Assembly (NCBI GenBank): GCA_964641295.1 | Contig: CAZXNA010000003.1 | Coordinates: forward strand, 1-63,992 | Direction: 5' to 3' | Length of the DNA: 63,992 nucleotides | Source: an uncultured Thermoanaerobaculia bacterium | Lineage (GTDB): Bacteria > Acidobacteriota > Thermoanaerobaculia > Thermoanaerobaculales > Sulfomarinibacteraceae | In this document: positions 11,146 to 18,732 of the stretch, piece by piece | How the letters are laid out: the number at the start of each line of letters is the position of its first letter | How positions within the stretch are numbered: the stretch's first letter is position 1 | Program-made: the position numbers and the translations under genes | The notes under the pieces: model-generated | Databases searched by the model: none | Seen by the model: the letters and a program-made list of their open reading frames with translations, nothing else | What the model was told of the DNA's origin: nothing

Positions 11146-12408
11146 TCAGTCTGTGTCTCGGAATATGTGCTGTAGCATGGCCGAGGGCGGCATCAGCCGG
11201 GGTTGGCCGAAGACCTCCGCGGGCAGGTCGCGGGCCAGGTGGAGGGCCCGGTGAGTGATGTAGGCGAAGTTGTCGCGCACCCTCATGGCGCCGCGGCTGC
11301 TGTACATCCGGTTGAGCACCTCGAGCTGGGCCGTGAAGGGATCCGATCCGGCGAGGCCGGCAAGGACGTCTCGATCCTCGCCGGCTTGGGGAGCCGCGAA
11401 ATCTTCGGTCGTGGGGAGTCCCAGAAGTGAGGCCTCGAGCCGTTCCAGCTCGTTGAGCACGGGGTTCACGGCGCGCTTCGTGGCGGTGCTGTGGCCATCC
11501 AGAAGGATGGGGCGCCGACGGCAATTGGCCCGGTGGATCTCTGGATCATGCACAATCCATCCGAGGTTCGTGATGTGGAGCCGGCGGGAGACGCCGCTGT
11601 GGAGCTGGGCGATGAAGGGCTTGACGGCCGTTTCCCATGACTCCTCGATCCCGTTGAACATGTTGAGGATGAAGTAGACGCCAAAGCTGTGGATGACCTC
11701 CCGGATGGGACGAAGATAGGGGTTGTCTCCCAGGGCCTGCTCGAGGTCGACGAGAAAGGCATCAAGGTTGGGGAGCTCCTCCACGTAGACGTCCTCCACC
11801 TGATCGAGGAGTTCGTTGACCAGGCGGTGCTGCTGGATTCCGCCGGGCTGGCGAAAGAGCGGGGACTCCCGGGAGAAGACGATCCTCAGCTTGCGGAAGA
11901 GGAGACTGCGGACGATATCGGCCGCGGCCAGCGTGGCGGCCGGGTGTTGGGGCGTGAAGATCAGGATGCCGGAGTTGGACAGGGGAAGATAATCGATGAC
12001 GTGTCCGTCGAGCCCGGCGCGGAGATCCAGCACGATGAAGCTGGCCGGCAGCTCGTTGAGGGCCGCCATGAGACGCCACCGAGCGTTCTGGGACATGGAG
12101 CTGATCTCCTCGATGGCGTGGCGTGGAGCGGCTATGAAGCCGAAGTTGGCGTAGAGACCGTTGGGGTCCATCCGTCCATCAAGCCCCGTGATGCACTCCT
12201 CGAGACGGGCTCCCCGCCGGAAGTAGTGGTAAAGGTCCTTCTCGACCTTGAGATCCAGGGTGCTCCGGACGGAGGAGGTGCCCGTATCCAGATCAACGAG
12301 GATGGTCGGTGCGACCCGGGACAGGGCCAGGGCAAAGTTGATGGCGAAGGTGGTCTTCCCAACGCCTCCCTTGCCCGAGGCCACGCTGATGATCCGCCGG
12401 ACCATCAT
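11146..12408 (-). CDS. MinD/ParA-family P-loop ATPase with a C-terminal extension beyond the core NTPase fold
   Basis: Internal ATG 12408 of ORF 11146..12756. Deviant Walker A SGKGGVGKTT. ATGA overlap with the udk stop. 420 aa. Confidence 0.75.
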   Translation of the reverse strand: MMVRRIISVASGKGGVGKTTFAINFALALSRVAPTILVDLDTGTSSVRSTLDLKVEKDLYHYFRRGARLEECITGLDGRMDPNGLYANFGFIAAPRHAIEEISSMSQNARWRLMAALNELPASFIVLDLRAGLDGHVIDYLPLSNSGILIFTPQHPAATLAAADIVRSLLFRKLRIVFSRESPLFRQPGGIQQHRLVNELLDQVEDVYVEELPNLDAFLVDLEQALGDNPYLRPIREVIHSFGVYFILNMFNGIEESWETAVKPFIAQLHSGVSRRLHITNLGWIVHDPEIHRANCRRRPILLDGHSTATKRAVNPVLNELERLEASLLGLPTTEDFAAPQAGEDRDVLAGLAGSDPFTAQLEVLNRMYSSRGAMRVRDNFAYITHRALHLARDLPAEVFGQPRLMPPSAMLQHIFRDTD

Positions 12409-13049
12409 GGAGCTCCGGTGACCTCGGGGCGGCCCTCTCCGAGGTCCTGAAGAACCCGGCTGACCACGAGATCGAGGGCCACGGAGTTGTACCCCCCCTC
12501 CGGAATGATGATGTGAGCCCATCGCTTGGAGGGCTCCACGAATTCCAGGTGCATGGGCCGTACCGTGGTGGTGTACTGCTCGATGACGCCCTCGACCGTT
12601 CGCGAGCGTTCTCTCATGTCCCGGAGCAGACGCCGGATGAACCTGATGTCGGGATCGGTATCGACGAAGATCCGGATGTCCATCAGGCGGCGGAGTTCGG
12701 GTTCCGCCAGCACGAGGATTCCCTCCACGAGAATGACGGGGCGGGGTTCCATCCACTCGATCTCGTCACGGCGGACGTGCCGTGAGAAGTCGTACACGGG
12801 GAGCGGCGCCGGTTGACCGGCCCGAAGCAGCTGGAGGTGTTCCACCATCAGGGTCGTTTCCAGGGCTGCCGGATGGTCGAAATTGTGGCGGAGCAGCTCG
12901 TGGTGCTGCTGGGCCGAGAGATCGTGGTAATAGCGGTCGTGGTTGACGACGGCCACCCGTTCGGTACCGACGCGCCGGGCGATCTCCCGCGCCACGGTCG
13001 TCTTTCCCGACCCCGTTCCTCCCGCGACGCCCAGGACCAGCGGTGTCAT
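12405..13049 (-). CDS. udk: Uridine kinase
   Basis: GVAGGTGSGKTTVA P-loop, FDHPAA, ILVEGIL, RDxxERGR-like RDMRERSRT. Confidence 0.9.
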   Translation of the reverse strand: MTPLVLGVAGGTGSGKTTVAREIARRVGTERVAVVNHDRYYHDLSAQQHHELLRHNFDHPAALETTLMVEHLQLLRAGQPAPLPVYDFSRHVRRDEIEWMEPRPVILVEGILVLAEPELRRLMDIRIFVDTDPDIRFIRRLLRDMRERSRTVEGVIEQYTTTVRPMHLEFVEPSKRWAHIIIPEGGYNSVALDLVVSRVLQDLGEGRPEVTGAP

Positions 13050-13135
13050 GGAACGAGGCCAGGCAGGAGCACGACCGCCGTGGGGTCGGGCCCGAAGGCG
13101 AGGCCGGCGGGTTGGTGGCGGGTCGTCACAGGTTG

Positions 13136-14074
13136 TTACAGGTACTTGAGGGTTTCCCTGACGCCGCCGGCCTGCGGGCCGTTGGGCGCCACCTCCAGGT
13201 AATGTTCAAGCTTCTCCTTGGCGCCTGCCATGTCGCCGCTCCTCAGGAGGAGCATGCCGTACTCATAGACGCACTCCGGGTAGTCGCCATCCACCTCGAG
13301 GCATTTCTCCAGCAGCGGCCGTGCGTGCTCGTCGTCCATCTTGTTGAGGTACTGGGCGGCCTCGTTGAAGATGGTCGCCGGATCGTCCGGGTTGAGCTCC
13401 TGGTAACGGGCCATGTAGGCCGCGGCGTCTTCATTCTTGCCGAGGGCCTTGGAGGCGTTGATGGCCACGGCCAGGCACTCGACCGACTCTTCGTCCAGCT
13501 CGAGACACTTCTTGGCGTCGGCGAGGGCGGTCTCGGTGTCGCCGGCGGCCAGATCGAGGTTGGCCAACGCCTCCCAGGCGTTCTGCAGGTCGGGCTTGAC
13601 CTTGACGGCCTCACGGAGCTTGGCCCGGGCGCCGTCCTTGTCGCCCCCTTTGAGGAGGGCCTTGGCTTCTTCCACCTCCTTGTAACCCGGCTGCTCCAGG
13701 AGCTTCTGCTGTTCCAGCTTGACCATCTCCTGCTGCGTCTTGAGCGTGAACGTGAACTCGTTGTCGGTCGTGCCGATGGGAACTTTGAAGGGCTCCTTGT
13801 AGGGGATGAAGCCCGGCGCCTCCACATGGAAGGTGTAGTGGCGGGTGGCGTCCAGGATCACCGTGGAGAACTCACCCTTCTCGTTGACGTGGAGCACCTT
13901 CTTGTAATCGCCCGTGGCCTGGCACGTGATGGTGATGACCGCATCGGGGATGGGCTTGCCCGAGCTGTCGACGACGATGCCCTTGATGCGGGCCTGAGCG
14001 CCGGCAAAGGCCAGGGCGCCGCAGAAGAGCGCCACGGTCAAGGTTGCTATGACAGTTTTCCGGAGTGTAGCCAT
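13136..14074 (-). CDS. Secreted CarboxypepD_reg-like + TPR repeat protein
   Basis: Internal ATG 14074 (GGGAGG SD). Signal peptide MATLRKTVIATLTVALFCGALAFAGAQA. IKGIVVDSSGKPIPDAVITI, then TPR-like repeats. Confidence 0.7.
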   Translation of the reverse strand: MATLRKTVIATLTVALFCGALAFAGAQARIKGIVVDSSGKPIPDAVITITCQATGDYKKVLHVNEKGEFSTVILDATRHYTFHVEAPGFIPYKEPFKVPIGTTDNEFTFTLKTQQEMVKLEQQKLLEQPGYKEVEEAKALLKGGDKDGARAKLREAVKVKPDLQNAWEALANLDLAAGDTETALADAKKCLELDEESVECLAVAINASKALGKNEDAAAYMARYQELNPDDPATIFNEAAQYLNKMDDEHARPLLEKCLEVDGDYPECVYEYGMLLLRSGDMAGAKEKLEHYLEVAPNGPQAGGVRETLKYL

Positions 14075-14181
14075 GAAAGCCTCCCTGGCGCCGCTGCGCA
14101 CGGGCCCAGGATACCCCGTTTTGACGGGCGTCTCAACGCAGGGGCCAAACTCGGTTTCGGTATGGGGAGCCCGATTCCTCC

Positions 14182-15090
14182 TCAAGGCCGGCTTCCAAGA
14201 CCGAGCATGGCCCGGATGACGTGCTTGGCGACCGTCGGATTCTCGCGGAGCCGGCGCGTGGAGTAGGGGTACCAGTCCTCGCCGTAAGGGACGTACACCC
14301 GGAGCCGGTGCCCGCCGTCGAGGATGATCCGCCGGAGCTCGGGATCGACGCCCAGCAGCATCTGGAATTCGTACCGGTCCCGCGGGAGCCGCAGGCGGTC
14401 GACGGTCATCATCCCCGCCCACACCAGGTGCTCGTCGTGGGTCGCGATGCCGACGTAGGCTCCGCCCTCGAGGAGCTTCTCCAGGGCGGCCACGAAGTTG
14501 GCGCGGATGGTGTCGAAGTTCTTCCAGGCGATGGTCCGTGGCTCGCGGTAGATCCCCTTGCACAGGCGGATGTTCGGCGTCATGGGGAGCAGGTCGCCGA
14601 CGTCGGAAAGCGTTCGGCGCATGTACGCCTGAAGGACCGTGCCGACGTTGCCGTACCGTTCCTGAAGGGTCCGGTAGGCCCGAAGGGTCGCGTCGGTGCA
14701 GGTGTGGTCCTCCATGTCGATGCGGACGAAGTTGCCGTGCTCCCTGGCCCGATCGACGATGGTAGCCATGTTGTCCAGGCAAAACTCCTCGTCGATGCGG
14801 AGCCCCAGGAGGGTCGGCTTGATGGAAACGTTGCAGTCCAACCCCAGCTCCTCGATGGTATCGAAGATCCGGACGTACTCGGTGACGGCCGCCTCGGCCT
14901 TGGCCCGTTCCGTGACCTCCTCGCCCAGGAGGTCGACCGTGGCCATGGCCCCCTCGGCGTTGAGCTTGCGGATGGTGGCCACGGCGTCGTCCAGGGTCTC
15001 CCCGGCCACGTAGCGGCTGGCCACCTTTCCCACGATGAACTTGGGGATCAGGGGAAGCCCGTGCTGAATCAGGGAGTCGAATAAGCTCAT
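14182..15090 (-). CDS. Proline dehydrogenase (monofunctional PutA-like)
   Basis: Internal ATG 15090 (GGAGG SD). 302 aa. TVDLLGE...SIKPT..G...RIDMED...LQAY..R...RLCKG.Y pattern. Confidence 0.75.
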   Translation of the reverse strand: MSLFDSLIQHGLPLIPKFIVGKVASRYVAGETLDDAVATIRKLNAEGAMATVDLLGEEVTERAKAEAAVTEYVRIFDTIEELGLDCNVSIKPTLLGLRIDEEFCLDNMATIVDRAREHGNFVRIDMEDHTCTDATLRAYRTLQERYGNVGTVLQAYMRRTLSDVGDLLPMTPNIRLCKGIYREPRTIAWKNFDTIRANFVAALEKLLEGGAYVGIATHDEHLVWAGMMTVDRLRLPRDRYEFQMLLGVDPELRRIILDGGHRLRVYVPYGEDWYPYSTRRLRENPTVAKHVIRAMLGLGSRP

Positions 15091-15103
15091 ATGACCTCCG
15101 CCG

Positions 15104-15817
15104 TCACATGGCCGCCGCCAGGACGGAAACGTGGACCTCTGTGGCGCCGGCGGCGCGCAGGGCGCCGCAGGCCCGCCGGATTGTACTACCGGTGGCCATG
15201 ACGTCGTCCACCAGGAGGATATGCCGCCCGGCCACACGGCCCCGGGCGGCGAAGGAGCGGGCGGGGAGGGCACGCCGCTGGGCCCGCGAACGGGTCGCCT
15301 GACGGCCCAGGCCGCGCCGGATCAGCAGGGATGCCGTGGGCAGATCGAGCGCCCTGGCGGTCTCCTGTGCCAGCAGGCGCGCGGTGGACCAGCCACGGCG
15401 AATCCGGTGGAGGGGGTGGGTGGGCACCCAGGCGACGGCGTCCAGATCGCCGAGCCACGGTGCGGTTGCCACGGCGGCCGCCAACCGCTGGCCCAGGGGC
15501 CGGGCCAGCTCGTCGTGACCGTGGTGCTTGAGGGCGAGCAGCGCCCGGCGGAGAGTGCCATCGTAAACCCCCCAGACCGTCGTGCTGTCCTGTGGGGGTA
15601 AGGTGTCGAGGCATGTGGGGCACTCGATCTCCCACCCCTCGCTGGGTACGCCGCAGCGGGGGCAGCGGGCGCCGGGATCGGGCAGCACCGTGCTCCAGCA
15701 GTCGTCGCACAGTCCGCGCCGGTCCCCCGCGAGTGGCGTCGAGCAGACGGCACAGATCGCCGGAAGCAAGGCCTGGCGGACACTGGAGAAGGTGGAAACG
15801 GCCGGCACATCCAGCAT
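15104..15817 (-). CDS. comF: ComF-family phosphoribosyltransferase
   Basis: Internal ATG 15817. N-terminal Cys pairs (CAVC..CDDC..CPRC), C-terminal PRT motif ILLVDDVMATGST. Confidence 0.75.
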   Translation of the reverse strand: MLDVPAVSTFSSVRQALLPAICAVCSTPLAGDRRGLCDDCWSTVLPDPGARCPRCGVPSEGWEIECPTCLDTLPPQDSTTVWGVYDGTLRRALLALKHHGHDELARPLGQRLAAAVATAPWLGDLDAVAWVPTHPLHRIRRGWSTARLLAQETARALDLPTASLLIRRGLGRQATRSRAQRRALPARSFAARGRVAGRHILLVDDVMATGSTIRRACGALRAAGATEVHVSVLAAAM

Positions 15818-15856
15818 CGTAGCAGAGGGGATGTGTCGGCGCCCGGCCGTGTCGCG

Positions 15857-15862
15857 TATAAT
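15857..15862 (+). promoter_or_regulatory. Consensus -10 hexamer TATAAT 6 nt upstream of the yjbQ ATG (possible leaderless transcript)
   Basis: gtcgcgTATAATttttccATG. No SD between the hexamer and the ATG. No good -35. Confidence 0.3.
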
Positions 15863-15868
15863 TTTTCC

Positions 15869-16291
15869 ATGGTGGTACGGCACGGCGCGTTGCAGTTGGA
15901 GACGGCGGGGCACGGGCATGTGTACGACCTGAGCTCCGACGTGGAGCGGTGGCTGTTCACAGAGGGAGCGAAGGACGGAATGCTGACGGTGACGGTTCCG
16001 GGGTCGACGGCGGCCATCACGACCATCGAGTACGAGCCCGGAGCCCTGGAGGACCTGCGGGAGGCCCTGGAGAGGATCGCCCCCTCGGACCGGCAGTACC
16101 ACCACGACCGGCGCTGGGGCGATGGGAATGGGTTCTCCCACCTCAGGGCTGCCCTGCTCGGGCCCTCCCTCTCCGTGCCCGTTTCCTCGGGCCGGGCAGT
16201 TCTCGGCACCTGGCAGCAGCTCGTCCTTGTGGAGTGCGACAACCGCCCGAGGAGCCGGCGGGTCGCCCTGTGCTTCGTGGGGGAGATCTGA
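15869..16291 (+). CDS. yjbQ: YjbQ/UPF0047 family (secondary thiamine-phosphate synthase-like)
   Basis: TGHGHVYDLSSDV...GMLTVTVPGSTAAITTIEYEPG...NGFSHLRAALLGPSLSVPV. GTG 15833 is the alternative start. Confidence 0.75.
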   Translation: MVVRHGALQLETAGHGHVYDLSSDVERWLFTEGAKDGMLTVTVPGSTAAITTIEYEPGALEDLREALERIAPSDRQYHHDRRWGDGNGFSHLRAALLGPSLSVPVSSGRAVLGTWQQLVLVECDNRPRSRRVALCFVGEI

Positions 16292-16689
16292 TGCCCCACC
16301 TCAACCTGGCCGGGTGGCAACCGCTGGAAACCGTCGTCGAGGCCTTCGAGCCCGCGGTGGAACGCTGGGGCCGGGCCGTGCTCAAGACCACGGGCTGGTG
16401 GCGGCGGCATGACGGCCAGGCCGTCCTGGTCGAGGGGGTGATCGTCGAGTTCTCCCGGCCCCTGCACCCGGTGGCCCTTGTCACCAAGCACCACGGGGAC
16501 ACCGCGGTGCGGCTGTGGCCGACGGTGCCGGTGGAGCGAACGCAGGCGGTTCAGCGTTGGCTCGCCCTGCTGGCCTCGCGGCTCCAGGCCAGGGGCCTTG
16601 GCCCGGTCCTCCGGACCAACCTCCCCCAGGAGCTCCTGGAGGGGCTGGGCCTCGAGATGGCCGAGGGGATCACTTCAACGCGTCGTTGA
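16291..16689 (+). CDS. Hypothetical protein, translationally coupled to yjbQ
   Basis: ATG 16291 shares its A with the yjbQ TGA. 132 aa, no recognisable motif. Confidence 0.45.
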   Translation: MPHLNLAGWQPLETVVEAFEPAVERWGRAVLKTTGWWRRHDGQAVLVEGVIVEFSRPLHPVALVTKHHGDTAVRLWPTVPVERTQAVQRWLALLASRLQARGLGPVLRTNLPQELLEGLGLEMAEGITSTRR

Positions 16690-17200
16690 GCTCCTGCATC
16701 TGTTCCCGCTGGGACTGTTCCAGGTTGTCCAGGCGGTCCTGGATCCCGGCCACCGGTCCCTGGGCCGTCGGCTCACCGGCCAGGGCGCGTTTGGCGGCCT
16801 CGAGCCGTGAGCGGGCCCGCTCAAGGTGGCTCCTCCGGCCGTCGGTGGCGAAGGCCTGGAGCTCATTGGCCGCGGTGCGGATGGACACGGCGGCGTGGAG
16901 TTGGGCGCCGCCCGACGGGACGCCCTCGGCCCAGGAGGCCGCCTCCCCCGCGATGGCCCTGAGGTCGTCGGCCGCCGCCGCGATGGACGACGGATCGGCC
17001 AGCAGACGCTCCATGGTCCGGACGGCCCGCTGGGCTGCACCGCGGTCGAAACTCCTGGCCTCGACGCGCCCGGTGCGGAGGTTCGTGGCGGCCTGGTCGA
17101 CGGCTCTGAAGTCGGAGCTTGCCGAACGGGAATTGAGGTAGAGCACGATGCCGGCCGCCAGGAGAACGGTCAGCATCAGAGCCCCTGCAATGCCCCTCAT
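16670..17200 (-). CDS. Hypothetical membrane-anchored helical protein
   Basis: Internal ATG 17200 (GGAGG SD). N-terminal TM MRGIAGALMLTVLLAAGIVLYL, then Ala/Arg-rich helical region. Confidence 0.5.
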   Translation of the reverse strand: MRGIAGALMLTVLLAAGIVLYLNSRSASSDFRAVDQAATNLRTGRVEARSFDRGAAQRAVRTMERLLADPSSIAAAADDLRAIAGEAASWAEGVPSGGAQLHAAVSIRTAANELQAFATDGRRSHLERARSRLEAAKRALAGEPTAQGPVAGIQDRLDNLEQSQREQMQELNDALK

Positions 17201-17420
17201 GGATCCTCCCCGGGGCACCCGTGGAGAGAACGCCCCTGCTGCACCCAGTGTACCGCCGCTGCTGTACACGCCGGAGGACGGCGGTGTCGGACAGGGGACA
17301 GTCGAGAAGGACGGCCGGGCCGGCGGCCGGCCGTTGCAAAGCCCCGGAAACGGTTGTCAAATCCGCGTCCCAGGGCTCTCCAGACGGGTGCACCGATGAT
17401 GGCGAACCCCCGCGGAAGCG

Positions 17421-17437
17421 TTGGCACGAGTTCTGCA
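17421..17437 (+). promoter_or_regulatory. Sigma-54 (-24/-12) promoter
   Basis: TTGGCACGAGTTCTGCA versus consensus YTGGCACGrNNNTTGCW. GG and GC are at the correct 12-nt register, with only T->C at the first -12 position. It lies 29 nt upstream of ATG 17466, and GGGAGG SD sits between. Confidence 0.55.
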
Positions 17438-17465
17438 CTCACTCTGGGGGAAACGGGAGGTTGCC

Positions 17466-18404
17466 ATGCTTCGCAAGACAATGACGATCCTTATTCTCCT
17501 CGCGGCGGCGAGCGGTGCGGCCTGGGCCCAGCTGTCCCCGGCCTGGATGATACCCGCCGCTGCCCACGTCAACGGGGTCGGTGACAGCTTCTGGACGACC
17601 GACGTGGCGATCCACAACCCGCACCAGTTCCAGCTGCCCGTGGTCGTGCAGTTCCTGGCCAGCAACCGGGAGAACTTCTCGGTTCCCACCTTGGAGCTGA
17701 CCCTGGACCCGTGGGAAACGGTCAACCTCTGGGACGTGCTCGGGCCCGATCTCTTCGCCTGGAACGGGACCGGCGCCCTCCTGGTCTACGCCGACGTGGA
17801 CGTACTGGACTGCTCCGTTCCCGAGGAATGCTACCTGCTGACCACCTCTCGAACCTACACCCTCGATCCATTCACCTGGGCCGGAGAGTACGCCCAGGCC
17901 ATGCCGGGTGTGCCCGTCTCCCAGGGGCTCGACGCGTCGACCCTTGGCTATGTCAGCGGCATCATGAACGACGGGGATGAGTTCCGGGCCAACGCGGGCG
18001 TCGCCTCGTGGACGCCGGAATGGACCACGGTCCAGATGGACGTGCAAGACTCCCGAGGGAACATCCTGCGGACCGAGGTGTTCCAGGTGCCTCCCTTCGG
18101 TCACATCCAACGCCGGATCGCCACGCCCGTCACCGGCGGTACCGTGGTCTTCTACCTGGTCGACCCACCGGCCGATGCCCTGGTCTTCCCCTACGCCACC
18201 ATCGTCAACAACGTCACCAACGATCCGACGTTCCTCCCCACCTTTGTTTCTGTCGTCGGTGTCAGTGTCCAGGAGTTGAAGCGCGGAGGGTTTTCTCTCC
18301 CCCAGACGCCCGAGGTCCAGGGTGTTCCCCGTCAGCTGGAGCGGTCGCTTCTCGAACAGCTGAAACGGCGCCCGAACCCCCGTCAGGAGGTTTCGCCGGA
18401 ATGA
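17466..18404 (+). CDS. Secreted hypothetical protein (paralogue of 57974..59164)
   Basis: Internal ATG 17466. Signal peptide MLRKTMTILILLAAASGAAWA. IPAAAHVNGVGDSFWTTDVAIHNP motif is shared with the second copy. Confidence 0.65.
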   Translation: MLRKTMTILILLAAASGAAWAQLSPAWMIPAAAHVNGVGDSFWTTDVAIHNPHQFQLPVVVQFLASNRENFSVPTLELTLDPWETVNLWDVLGPDLFAWNGTGALLVYADVDVLDCSVPEECYLLTTSRTYTLDPFTWAGEYAQAMPGVPVSQGLDASTLGYVSGIMNDGDEFRANAGVASWTPEWTTVQMDVQDSRGNILRTEVFQVPPFGHIQRRIATPVTGGTVVFYLVDPPADALVFPYATIVNNVTNDPTFLPTFVSVVGVSVQELKRGGFSLPQTPEVQGVPRQLERSLLEQLKRRPNPRQEVSPE

Positions 18405-18732
18405 CCCGCATTGTTATCCGTCCCCTGCAGGGCGGGGTGTGGCTCGGCTCTCGGCGTCTTCTCCACTCGCTCGCTCAACGTTCCTCGAGCGCGCCTCCGC
18501 TCCCTCATCTTCCGGGAGCTCCGAGATCCGCGCCACCTCCCACCCTTCGCGACCATATCCGGTGAACCATGGGGGATGACGGCCTCCTCCCGTTTCCGCG
18601 GGCCGGTCCCCCGGTGGACCGGCCCCGTCCATTTCATTGAAGGACTGGACACCACCGGGATGAACCGGGCTACAATGGGGCAGCTTGTACTGAGAGGCTC
18701 CCGGTGTAGGTTGTGTCTCCGCAGGAGGGACG

